A stretch of DNA of 64,000 nucleotides from the human T2T-CHM13v2.0 reference genome, Homo sapiens. This document shows, in pieces, positions 38,945 to 58,507 of the stretch. The stretch lies in the NCBI RefSeq assembly GCF_009914755.1, contig NC_060925.1, one strand, 5' to 3'. The translations under genes and the position numbers were made by a program. Every line of letters starts with the position of its first letter. Positions within the stretch are counted from its first letter, which is position 1. Under the pieces are notes generated by a model, which had not been told where the DNA came from, ran no database searches, and was given only the letters and a program-made list of their open reading frames with translations.

Positions 38945-41900
38945 ACTTCCTACCTAGGCAGAATAATAAGGACAATATTTACCATTTTCTATGGAAAAAC
39001 CAATATAACCAGTCAAAATATATGAAACAATATTTTTTAAGATACTGGATATTAAGGAACAGAGAAAAAGGGTCCCACAGATACAGAAAATGAGTAAGGT
39101 GAGCCCTACAATTACCTCAGATTTCTGCCTTGTGATGATTGCCAGTCCATAGCACATGAAGAGAAAATCCAGGTAGAGTTGAGGGGACTCCCTGAGTTGA
39201 AGAGACAAAGCTAAGAGTCCAGGGAGACCAACGTAGCTACAGTTCACAAGACAGAGAACCAGGAAGTACATAGCTGCACAAAGGAAGAAGTCCAAGGACT
39301 AGCAAAGTGTCCCCCTTGAGTATTCATTAGAGTACTGATCAGTGCATGCATGTAAAGAAACCAACCAAGCTAGGGAAACAACTACTGGAAAAGTTTAATG
39401 ATAATAGTACGTGGCAATTACACAGGACCTGGAAGAGTATCTGCCCTTATCACCATAGGAAAATGTGAAAATTCACAATGAATTAAGAAGAGTACACAGG
39501 ATAGTCTTACCTCTGTGGAATAATTAGTAATAGATCAAATAATACTCTGGTCCCATGTAACAAATCTTAAAAGTCGTATGCAAGAAGATAAACTGTTTCT
39601 AAGTAACATAACTGCATGCCAAAAGAAAGCTCAAATCTACTTAGAAGAATTCAAAAAATATCCAGTACCCAGAAAAGTAAAATTCACAATGTCTGGCACC
39701 CAATCAAAAATTATCAGGAATGCAAAGAAGCAGGAAAATTCAATCCATGGTAAGGAGAAAAAGCAGTATATTGAAATTGACACAGAACTGACACACATGT
39801 TTGAATTAGCAGACAAGGATATGACAACATTTACTGTAACTGCATTCCATATGTTCAGAGAATTATGTAAAAACATAAAAGAAATTTCTAAAAACCTAAT
39901 CAAACTTCTAGTGGTGAAAACAAAAATGTCTGATAATAAATACACTGGATGAAATTAGCAGCAGATAGGACCTTACAGAAAGAAATACAAGTGAATTTGA
40001 ATACACATCAGTGAGCTATGGAGCAACTTCAATCAGCCTAATGTAGATGTATCTGAAAGAGAGAAAAGGAAATGCAAAAGAGATACTTGAAGAAATAATG
40101 GTCATTTAAAAAACTGATGAAAAATGTAAACCCAAATATCCAAGAAGCTCAATTAATTCCAAGTACAACAAATATGAGGAAAAAAACTGTACCTACAAAG
40201 GCAAATCATAATCTTTGTGAAGATTTTTAACTACTAATTCAGTGATCTTATATCATAATATGATATAAGATCATATAGATATAAAGACTAGAACTATCTA
40301 AATTGTTTGTTTCTTCTGGAGGGAGTTTTAGTAATTTGTGTCTATCAAAAAATTGGTCCATTTTATTTAAGTTGTTGATCTGTTGAATTCTACCAAACAT
40401 GAAAGGAAGAAGTAATACCAATTCTGTACAAACACTTTTAGAAAAATTGAAGAGGAAAGAATATTTCCCAATTTATTATTTGGTTTTAGTATTATTAGGA
40501 TTCCAATCCAGAAAAAAATACATAAAGAAAGATAATGATAAATCTAATATTTATAAACAAAGATGCAAAAATTCTAAACAATGCTTTATCCAAACAAATG
40601 CAACAATACAACACAAGAAATAATATATCATGAACAAGTGAGGTCTGCTCCATGAATGCAAGGTTGGTTTAACATAAAAAATCAATTTATGTAGTTCACC
40701 ATATTAAACTATAAAAACTAAACCCCATATATCACCTGAATAGATTCAGGAAAAGCACATGACAATATCCACATCCATTAATAATCAAAACTCTCAATAA
40801 ACTAGGAACAGAAGGAAACTTTCTTTACTTGAAAAAGGGAATCTATGAAAGATATATTGCTAATATCATCCTTAATGGTGAAAAATTAAATGTCTTCCCC
40901 TCAAGTAACAGAAGATAATAAAAATGCCCACTCTACCACTTCTCTCTATTATTATACTGGAGGCTCTACCTAGTCCATGAAATCTGGTAAGAAAAATAAA
41001 TGAAAGTTATCCAGATTGGAAAGGAAAAAATAAAACTGTATTTGTTCACAGATAATATGGCAGTCTATGAAGAAGTCATATGGAATTTATGAAAATCCTA
41101 CTAGAACTAATAAGTGAGTTTAGCAAGATTATAGTATACAAGATTAATAAACAAAAATAAATGGTATTTCTATACACTAGAAACAAAAAATAAATTGAAA
41201 TAAAAATAACATTTACAATCGCATCAGAAAATATGAACTATTGGAGGATAAAGCTGACAAAAGATTTACAAAACCTATACACTAAAAGCTATAAAATATT
41301 GCTGAAATTAAAGAAGACCAGAGGAAATGGAGAGAGATATTGTATTTGTGAGTAGAGAAAATCAATATAGTTAAGACATCAAATCTCCCCAAATTGATCT
41401 ATAGATTCAATAGATTCAAACTGCCAACAGGCCCTTTTAAAAAAATAGACAAGCTGAGTATAAAATTCACATGAAATTGCAAAGAACATAAAATAAACAA
41501 AACATCTTTGGAAGAGAATAAAGTTTTAAAGTCAGGACTTATTTACAGCTACATAAATCATGACAGTGTGGTATTCTCATAAAGATATAAAAATAAATGA
41601 ATGAAAAATAATAGAGTTCAAAAATAGATACACACATATATAGACAACTGATTTTCTACAAAGATTTCCAAGGCAATTCTGCAGAGAAGGGATACTGTTC
41701 AACAACTGGTTCAGGAGCAGTTGAATATTCAAATGCAAAGTATGACTATTATCACACTTTTTATCATATGTATAAACTCAAAAATGATCACAGACCTAAA
41801 TGTAAATACTAAAACTATAGAACTTTCTGAAGAAAAAAGTAGATGAAAATCTTTGTGACCTTGGATTATGCTAAGATTTGTTAGGTAGGAAACCAAAATC

Positions 41901-42920
41901 ATGATCCATAAAACAGGCCCCCAAAAGTGATAGATTGTACTTCATGAGAATTAAATATTTCTGCTCTTTGAAAGACACTGTTAAGAACATGAAAAGACAA
42001 GCCACGGAATGGGAGAAAATATTTGCAAATCATACATCTAAAAAAGAATTAGTATCCAGTATCTATAAAGAACATGTAAAACTCGGTAGTAAGAAAACAA
42101 ACAACGTAATTTTAAAAATGAGGAAAGATTTGAACAGACACTTCATCAAAGATATCTGTGTGGCAAATAAGAACACAAAAAGATACTCAATATCATTAGT
42201 CATTAAGGAAATCCAAGTTAAAACCACATCACTAGACACCTATTAGAATGTATAACATTAAATAGACTGACCATACCCAGGACTGGTGAGGATGTGGAGG
42301 AACTGGAATAGCTGATGGAAGTGCAAAATGATGCAACCATTTTAGAAGACAGTCTGGCAGTTCCTTAAAAAGTTAAATATACACCTACCATGTTATTTTT
42401 ACTCCTTCATAGAAATGAGAGCACATATGCATACAGAGACTTGTACACAAATACTCATAGCAGGTTTATTCGTAATAACCAAAAACCAGGAAACAATCCA
42501 AACATCCGTCAACAGGAGAATGGACAAGCAATGTGCGTTATAGCCATACAATGGGCTACTACTCAGGAATAAAAGAAATGAAGTCTTGATAAATGCAAAA
42601 ATAAGGATGTATCTCAAAATAATTATAATGAATGAAAGAAGCCAACAATAAGAGAACATGTACTGTATAATTATATTTATATAAAACTCAAGAAAATCCA
42701 AACTAATCTATAGTAAAAGATCAGTGGTTGCCAGGGGAAAAGGAAGAGGGAGGAGAGACTGCATGGGTGAGAGAACACTTGTGGGTGACTGACATACTCC
42801 ACTCTCTTGATTATGTTGGTGGTTTCAAACATATATACATTTATCAAAGTCTATTAAATTGTGTACTTTAAATACTTGATGTTTATTGTGTGTCAATTAA
42901 ACTTCAATACAGCTTTAAAA
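38945..42920 (+). mobile_element. Old L1MC/L1MD: 5'UTR/ORF1 remnant, inverted ORF2 piece (40213-40382), then ORF2 and 3'UTR
   Basis: ORF1-like AAACCCAAATATCCAAGAAGCTCAA; ORF2 ([25 protein letters not shown]); end TGTCAATTAAACTTCAATACAGCT. Confidence 0.85.
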
Positions 42921-45343
42921 ATGATCCATTTTTCTCAATTGTTTACCTGCCTTTTTCACTGCTGAAAATTGAACCTTAATTAAATATTTGCTTTCTGTCC
43001 CCTATTTCTCCCAGAAACTTACCTTTTGTTTAAAATTCTAAAAAAAAGAATGACTCCAGCTCACAAAGATCTTGGGGATGTTACCAGTGCCACTTAGCTG
43101 TTGATTAAGAGTATTTCCAACTCTCAGTTTTATGTTTCACTGACTTTTCATATCAAGCTAAGCAAAGAACTATAAGTTGATTATTACAGAAATTATGGTA
43201 GATATATATCTTCCTTGGGCATAAAAGGCACCAAATTACACTAATTTTTCCTGGAAGACAAAAACTTTCTGTATATTATTTCCATTCACCCATTATTCAT
43301 AAATTCAAACAAGAGATAATTATTGAATGCCTACTACATGCTAGACACTGTGGTATTGTTGAGTGCCTACTACATACTAGATAGGTACTATGCTCAATAT
43401 TTAGTCCTTAAAACTCTTGCATGTAGGTATTTATTATTACCAATTTATTGATTAGCAAAGTGAGAATCACAGAGGTTAAAAACATGTCAAATTTTATACT
43501 ACCTAGGACACAGGAAATCTTGGAACAGTGATTTTTTTAACAAAAAATATATAATTAAAAAATCTCTTCCTCCTAGTCATTCACAGGTATTTCTCTGGTT
43601 CTCTGGTTTGGTAGAGATGAGTATTTGTCAATTACATATTCACACAAACACACACACTCACACTCAGTTTTTGTAAGGCGTTTGAAATATTTTTAGTTTT
43701 GTTACTTTATTCCCATTCACCAGGACTATTTTCATTCATTTGAGACTCTGTAGTTTTAAGGTTGTGTCTAGCTTCCAACCTTCCCCTGTGAAGTGAAGGT
43801 CCCAAAAATATAAAGGAGCCTGGTTAGCAAATGTCAGTAATGCACTTAAAAGGAATTGGGATATAAAAGGAAATTGAAAGTTGTTATTCTTCCTGTAATA
43901 GAAGAATTGGACTGAAATGTTGAATTTTCATTAAAACCTTTCATTGGTAAAATGGGTTACTGCCAAAGGGTCTAAACAACTAGTGGTTTAGTGTATGGTA
44001 AATAACACTATACACTAACATAACATCTGAACAGCATGAGGTGCAGGTATTTTTCAAAGTAAAATAAGATTGGAAGCAAAGGGGTCATGCACCTTGCAGT
44101 AAGGTGAGACATCAGTTTTGCCTCATGGGCTGTTCAAAGGGACACAGCAGCTATGAAGAAGGGGAAGCTGGACTGGAGCCACATAATATATGCCTTAATT
44201 TCATTCATGGAACAGACTGAGCACAGAGTAGATGGCCCTTTGATGAATGATCAGAAAGGAAGTCCATGGATGCCATAGAAAACAGGAAAATACAAAATGT
44301 TTTTAGGGTACCATGTGTCAAGAAGAGCTCCAGATGAGATGAGATGGTTAGTTCCTTCTTCTCACCCTTAGATCAAAATTCATCAAGACATTGCAATTGG
44401 AATGAGTGGTCAGTAAAGAGACAAATAAACAATGGTTAATGGATGGAGTGAATGTCCTCTTTATCAGGTTTCCTTCCTTGGCACACAGACCTACATTCTC
44501 TCTTTTTAGAGCCTTTGTCCCTACAATTTCTACTCTCTGAAAGCCTGTCCCTGCTTCTTCTGCACAATCTGAGCTTACCTGTCCTTCAGGACTCTGCTCA
44601 AATTCCATATTTCTTTAGTTTTCTCAGCCCATAATAATTGTTTCTTCTTTATTCCCAATTTGCTCATAGTTTGTGTCAACCATTGTTTTTTAACTAATAA
44701 TAAATGCAGTAAATGATATTATTTTTATATAATCCTAGCAATCAGTAACTTGAGGTCTGAGCTATCTTTACTAAACACATTAAACTTCTCTTGCCTCACA
44801 CAGTAGTTAGAATACAGCAGATGTGTGACTGTCTTCTTTATGCCAATTAAGGGCATAATGTAGATATCTTGTCATATGTGAGACTTTAAAAAAAATAGCA
44901 AATCCTTAGCCCCAGAGAACACACTGAAGTTTGAGAAGCACAGCTCTCAGAGAAAAGCTTTATGGTATGCCCCAGCTATTTGGAAATTATCACAAGATTC
45001 ATGCCAGGTATTTAATATCCAATTACCAAAGGCATACAGAAAGAGGCCATTTGGATTCGATGGTGGAAATAAATACAGCAGTACCCCCTTATCTCCTGTG
45101 GCCCTTTTCACAGTTTCAGGACCCATGGTCAACTGAGGTCTGAAAATAGTAAAGGGAAAATTCCGGAAATAATTCATGAGGTTTAAATTACATGTCATTC
45201 TGTGTAACATGATGAAATCTCACATTGTTCCACTTTGTCCCACTCCAGATGTGAATCATCCTTTTGCTCAGCATATCCACACCTACCCACCCATTAGTCA
45301 CTTAATAACCATCTCGGTCAGCAGATGGAAAAAACAGTATCTA

Positions 45344-45750
45344 CAATTAGCCCTGCATATCCACAGGTTCTGCATCCATGGATTTAACCAACAGCAGATT
45401 GAAAATGTATATATTTTTATTATACTTTAAGTTCTAGGGTACATGTGCACAACGTGCAGGTTTGTTACATATGTATACATGTGCCATGTTGGTGTGCTGC
45501 ACCCATTAACCCATCATTTACATTAGGTATATCTCCTAATGCTAAAATACAGTATGACAACTATTTATATAGCATTTATATTGTATCAGGTATTATAAGT
45601 AATCTAGAGAGGATTTAAAGTATATGGGAGGATGAGCATAGGCTATATGCAAATACTACACAACTTTACATAAGAAACTTGAGCATCTGTGGATTTTGTT
45701 ATCCACAGGGGTCCTGAAAGCAATCCCTTGCAGATACTGAGGGACGACTG
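45344..45750. mobile_element. Tigger3a/MER2-type element nested in MER44
   Basis: TA TSD on both sides; ends CAATTAGCCCTGCATATCC / GATACTGAGGGACGACTG. Confidence 0.88.
45414..45544 (-). mobile_element. Very short young L1PA3-5 3' end (~130 bp)
   Basis: TTATTATACTTTAAGTTCTAGGGTACATGTGCACAACGTGCAGG..CTCCTAATGCTA, close to consensus. Confidence 0.93.
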
Positions 45751-45892
45751 TATAGGGTTTGGTACCATCCCTGGCTTCAGACACCCATTGGAGGTCTTGG
45801 AATATCCTCCACAGATTAGAAGGGACTACAGTATCTCCAAACTAAAAGCCACTGACTTTGGCCTTCCTATTATTCTTGATAATGTTCTTTTA

Positions 45893-46290
45893 TTCATTAG
45901 GACTTTCTTTAGTTGGTAGCAACAGAACCTCTAACTGGCTTGTGGAAAAAGAAAATTCCTTCATTCACAAAGCTCTGGAGCATACATGAGCAATTCACAC
46001 AACTGAAATGAGAGATACAAGAATCAGAGCCTCAGGACTTTTAGCCAGACACTCAAAGCCACAAGATTTCTTCTGTCTCTAACAATTGTCTCCACTTGGC
46101 TTCACTCTGCAAGCAAATTCTCTCCACACTTCTGCTAGCAGCCCCAGGTTCCTATCCTCCTGTCTTGGAAATCTTAGAGAATATCTTTAGTTCCAAGGAA
46201 GGATTATGAGTGATTTTTCTTAGGTCATGTACCCATCCTGGATCCATTCACTGTAACTAATGAAATGGAATACTGTAGGTAGACTTGAGC
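45893..46290 (-). mobile_element. Old MaLR LTR (MLT1K/L-like)
   Basis: ATTAGGACTTTCTTAGTTGGTAGCAACAGAA.., TAGGTCATGTACCCATCCTGGA. Confidence 0.5.
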
Positions 46291-48044
46291 TACCCACCTT
46301 TCCACCCTTTAGCCAGGGAACAATATTTGTAACAGGAAAGGAGGAATAGAAAGTTTATTATTCCAAGAAAAATAATAATTTTCACAGTTCGCTCTGAATG
46401 TGGCATGTGTTGTTGGATGATAGGTAAGAGAGTTCAAATTGAGACGGATTTGTGAAATCGCTGAAGTGAAGGAAGCACTTTTACTTATATAAGCCTTTAT
46501 CAAAATGTTCTCCTTTGAGCCAGGCTGGGGACATTGCACTGCTCTCTTCCTGGATGTCACCTCCATGTTGAAGACAATAAAATTTCCCAGGATTCTGTGA
46601 GCCAGGTGAGTCTCTAAGTTATCCTGAAACCCCTAGAATCCAAACCTATTAAGGAACAAGGTGAAGTAATTTTGTTAGTGATGCCTGACAACAGGTTATC
46701 AGGATGATTCCAGCAAGAAATATATGTCACTACCTTGAAGGTGCTATAAGTCCTACAGAACCGACACGCAGGTCACATGAAGAGCACTAAGGAAACAAGC
46801 ATCATAGGGGCACCATTCCCTTTGATTTGTCACACTGATTTCACATCTGCTGGAGAAAATATAAAGGTAAATCCAGGGAACAGTCTTATTTTTTGTTCTC
46901 ATTTCCTGAAAAACTTGTTGCCACCATCACATTAAAAGATGGCAGAAATTCTAGAGTATAAATTTCTTCACAAAATACTAAGATAGTTCTGTTTTTCAAA
47001 TTTCTTTTTGCAAAGATAAAATTCATTCCAAACTGATTGAATATCATTGCTGAGAACATTAATACATCTATAAGTTCATCTCTGTAATTTGTATCTGAAA
47101 AATGGGCATCTGATTATGTTTGTTTATAAGTATATACAAGAAAAAAGCAACTAGGAAATCCTGTCTTGCACTTCACTGGGGACCCACTCTGCTTTGAAGA
47201 AGCATCTTAGCTATACTATAGAGCCGCTGTATTGTCTGTTACTCTGCTTCTTGGTTTCCTGGATAGCATCTCTAGCTCACGCTAAATTATTACATTTTTA
47301 ACTGTGCTATAAACATCTTTGTCAGTTGAGATAGTTTTCCAGCCTCTAGACACATGTTCAAAGTAAAAACAGGCTGGGGGGAATTATCTGTTATGGGTTT
47401 ACTCTTACCTGAATGTGTCTCCCAGGAATGGATTACTTTGGTGTTTAGCATTCCTCTTTGGGGTCTACTTTCAGAGGTTTCCCAATCTGGCTCCCTTTAT
47501 TATCTCAGTAACCCAGAGTTTTCAAAGTTTTCTATTCAGAGCTTTCAACTTTGTTAGTTTCTAAGAAAGTTTGATGCCTACCCACCACCTGCCTCTTTTC
47601 CCTCTGGGTCTTTGCACCAGGAGACAGATGCGGTGTTAAATAACTACTCCATATATCAAACAATGATCCATCCTTGGGACTCTCCAGTGCTCTAAATCAC
47701 AGACTACACTGAGCAACATGTAAATGGCCACATTTTTCTTCATTAGTCAACATGAATAAAAGGAATGTCTCATTTAAGAAAAGTATTCAAGCCTAAAAGC
47801 CTCAAGAATCAGAAGTCATGATTGGAAACTAGATCTAGAAAGATTGAAAAGGGAAATAACTATTAGACATTGATTTTTAAAAATCTCCCATTTCCATGGA
47901 GTAGCCTCCAGATTATTAAAAATTCCTTTTAAGGGAGTCAAGCTCAAATGAACTATTTCCAAACTCCTTTCTCATCCCTTCACAGGAAAAAAAGTAGTTT
48001 TCCCATAATGTGAACAAAAGTCCCTTCAGAGTATTTTCCCCCTT

Positions 48045-48780
48045 CCTTTACTGAAGTATACATGTGCACTCATAGATCGTCTCATAAAAAAGAAAGAAGT
48101 ATACATGAAGTATGATTGTACAACTTAAATGTTCTCAAAGTAAATGCATCCATGTCAATGGGGAAACAGATAAACAATGAGAACTCATCACAACTCCCAG
48201 AAGCTCCCTTGCATGTCTTTCTAGTTATTATGCTATACCCCACCTCCCAACAAAGGGTAACAACAATTCTGACCAAAGATAATTTAGGCTTGTTTTTGAA
48301 ATGTATACTCCTGTTCAACATATACCCTTTTGTGACTTGCGTCTTTCGCTCAACATTTCGTTGAGTGAGATGCATCTATGTTGATGCATGCAACTGTAGT
48401 TTGATCGTCATTGCTATTTACTACTTCATTTTAGTACTTCATTGGTACAGCAAATTTAGAAAACTGATACTATGTATTAAAGATGAACATATATATTCTC
48501 TATGACCTAGCAATTCTACTCTTATATATCAACAGATGTATAACTAATTATGTATCTGTTGATATATATCTGTTTTTGAAAAGTACATCCCTATTCAATA
48601 TATACCATTTTGTGTCTTGCTTCTTTTACTCAACATTACATTGAGTGATTTTTATCCATGGTGATTCATCTAACTGCAGTTTGATTACTGTCATTGTTAT
48701 TTAGTACTCCATTATATACTGAAGGACTATTTATTTATTCATTCTGTTATTATGTACATTTGGCTTATTTTTTGTTGAAC
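48045..48780 (-). mobile_element. Old L1ME 3' fragment, internally rearranged
   Basis: CTTTTACTCAACAT, CATTGTTATTTAGTACTCCATT and TTATTCATTCTGTT antisense motifs. Confidence 0.7.
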
Positions 48781-49283
48781 TGTAAGTGCTGTCACAACAA
48801 AGGGTTTATCTGAACTCAGTGGCAGCTCTGAAACTGAATGTTCCTTCAGAGTTTTACAAGTTGGAGCTAAGAGCAGGGCTTTTATAACCTCCATTCATTA
48901 GACAAAGGCTTCCTTGGAAAGGTGGTGTGACATCAATGAAGGAATTCCAAGAGAAGACAGACAAATAAGTGCTTTTATCTAGCAGCACTCCTAGCAGCTA
49001 GAGAAATAATTAGCCTTTCCACCTCAAAGTGGGGTATGAAAGTGAAGTCTGGCCATGTAGCACAGTATGCACTAAAAATCCTTTCCAAACACACAAAGAT
49101 TTCCAAGAAAATTCTTAAGTCAACATTTGCCAAAATTATGAGGTCACATGTCTCCATCATATTATGGTGAAAAAAAAACTTACCAAAGGGACAACTAGAA
49201 ACCTTTATAGAAAAAGTTTCTAATTGTAACCCAAATGATAGTAGGCATAAATGAAGTCATCGACATTTAAAAACTCAATTTTT

Positions 49284-49668
49284 GACTGGGCGTGGTGGCT
49301 CATGCCTGTAATCCCAACACCTTTGGGCATGGTGGCTCATGCCTGTAATCCCAACACCTTTGGGCATGGTGGCTCATGCCTGTAATCCCAATCCCTCATG
49401 CCTTTGCGAGGCCGAGGCAGGCGGATCACCTGAAGTCAGCATTTTGAGACCAGCCTGGCCTACATGGCGAGACCTCGTCTCTACTAAAAACACAAAAATT
49501 AGCTGGGTGTGGTGGCGGGTGTCTGCAATCCCAGCTACTCAGGAGGCTGAGACAGGAGAATCACTTGAAGCTGGGAGGTGGAGGCTTCAATGAGCCGAGA
49601 TCACACCATTGCACTCCAGCCTGGGCAACAAGAGTGAAACTCCGTCTCCAAAAAAAAAAAAAAAAAAA
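49284..49668 (+). mobile_element. AluSq/Sp-like with a triplicated 5' 37-mer
   Basis: GGGCAACAAGAGTGAAACTCC; TSD CTCAATTTTT on both sides. Confidence 0.95.
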
Positions 49669-50194
49669 CCTCAATTTTTAAAGAACTTTTCTTTTTCTGC
49701 TCCTGGGTACTTTAAGCCTCACAATTTCTCTCAGTTATTTCTGTAAGATCCCAACAGAGGTTTTTCTGTGTGTGAGACATCAGTAGATTCATACATTTCT
49801 TTGACAGTATCTTTGTCAAGGCACTCCACATTTGCGTGTTCTGACAGTGCCCTGTCCTAGCAGGCAAACCAGTCTGTGCTGATGAACATTTTGTCCCTCA
49901 GACTGCTAGACCTACATTGTAATACGAAGCACAGAGAGAGGTCTTCTTTCCTATTCTATGTTGCCTTTTGTCACTGGGCCCCACAGCAGCTCTGCTTGTG
50001 TGCAGAGTCCCCAAAAGCCTTTCTGGGAAATAGATCCTGAAGTTTGGTCTATAGTATCTCTACAAAAAGGCTAAAAACTTAATTAGCCCAGAAGGAAAAG
50101 AAAACATCATGCCATTGTCCTGGCCATTGTTGTTCACCCTGACTTTTGCTCTCACTCCTAACTCCTCTCTCTGCCTCCTACACAAAAGCCTATA

Positions 50195-50514
50195 CATATG
50201 GGCCCTCCATATTCATGGGTTCTGCATACCTGGATTCAAATAACCACAGATAAAATATATTGAGGAAAAACAATAAAAAATAACTATGATAATAAAAATA
50301 ATACAAATTTTAAAATACAGTATGACAACTTTTATATAGCAGTTACCTTTTATTGGGTATAAGTAATCTAGACATGATTTAAAGTATAGAAGAGGATGTG
50401 CATAGGTTATAGTAAATACTATTCCATGTTATATAAGGGACTTGAGCATCTATGATTTTGGTATCTATAAGGGGTCCTGGAGCCAATTCCCCACAAATAC
50501 TGAGGGACGACTAT
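50195..50514. mobile_element. Tigger3a/MER2-type element (uninterrupted)
   Basis: GGCCCTCCATATTCATGGGTTCTGCAT ... ATACTGAGGGACGACTATA. Confidence 0.88.
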
Positions 50515-50692
50515 ACTCACATCAGTTCATGCAAACAGATACTTGCAGAGATCACAGGTCCATCACAAGCCACTAGACTATGAATCTCGGTTTGCTCTCA
50601 CCAGGGAACCCTGCCACACTATTAGCAGAATCTTTCAAAATGCTTACTGTTAAAACATTTGAGACACATATTTTTTAATTCCTCTATTTTAA

Positions 50693-50926
50693 AAATTTTA
50701 TTTGTATAAATATGTAGGGGAAAAGCACATTTCTTTTACATGGATATATATTGTATAGTGGTAAAGTCAGAGCTTTTGTGTGTCTATCACCTGGTTAATG
50801 CACACTGTACCCATTAAGTAATTTCTCATCATCCAACCCGCTTCCATTCCCTACCCTTCCAGGTCTGCAGGGTCTATCATTCCACTCAACACCCATGTGT
50901 ACACATAACTTAGATCCCACTTATAA
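50693..50926 (-). mobile_element. L1MA2/3-like 3' end fragment
   Basis: TTACATGGATATAT..TGTACCCATTAAGTAATTTCTCATC..CCCACTTATAA. Confidence 0.8.
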
Positions 50927-50968
50927 AATTCATAAAAGCATGGAATCATAAAAATCACACTTATACAT

Positions 50969-51366
50969 GGTTATAGGCAGAATTGTGCTCTGCCTCCTCC
51001 CACCCCCAAATTCACATGTTGAAATCCTGATCCCCAGTACCTCAGAGTATGACTATTTAGAGGCACAAGTCTTTTAGAAGTAATTGTGTTAAAAGGAGGC
51101 CATGATGGTGGGTCTTAATTCAATATAACTAGTGTTCTTATCAGATAGTAGAATATAGACACACATAGAAGGATAAGGACATGGAGATACAGGGAGGAGC
51201 AGATAGCCACTACAAACAAAAGACAGAAGCTTCAAAAAAAAGACAAACCTTGCTGAAACCTTGATCTGGAACTTCTAGCCTCCAGAAATCTGAGAAAATA
51301 AATTTCTGTTGTTCAAGCTTCCAGGTCTGTGATACTTTGGTATAACAGTACTAGCAAACTAATACA
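50969..51366 (+). mobile_element. MaLR solo LTR MLT1B-like
   Basis: CCCCAAATTCACATGTTGAAATCC, TTCTAGCCTCCAGAA..AATAAATTTCTGTTG, CTAGCAAACTAATACA. Confidence 0.88.
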
Positions 51367-51503
51367 TACTTTTTATTTTTTGTTGTTGTTGTTTTTCTTT
51401 TTTTAATGGAAGTACGTGTATTTTAGAAAGCTCTATATTGCTTGGTAAATAACTTGTATTTAAATATGGGGTTTGATTGTATTTCTTTAAAAGGTGGGCA
51501 TTA

Positions 51504-51639
<136 letters not shown>

Positions 51640-51679
51640 AAAAGTGGGCATTATGACCTTGATGAATATTGTAACCATC

Positions 51680-58506
<6,827 letters not shown>

Positions 58507-58507
58507 C

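Larger units (their letters stand above)
45076..45831 (+). mobile_element. MER44A-like element hosting a Tigger3 insertion
   Basis: TA|CAGCAGTACCCCCTTATC ... GGGACTACAG|TA. Confidence 0.85.

Noticed and set aside
46415-46615. Consensus-like splice donors (AG/GTAAGA, AG/GTGAGT)
   Set aside because: Expected by chance; no supportable exon or coding frame without transcript data.
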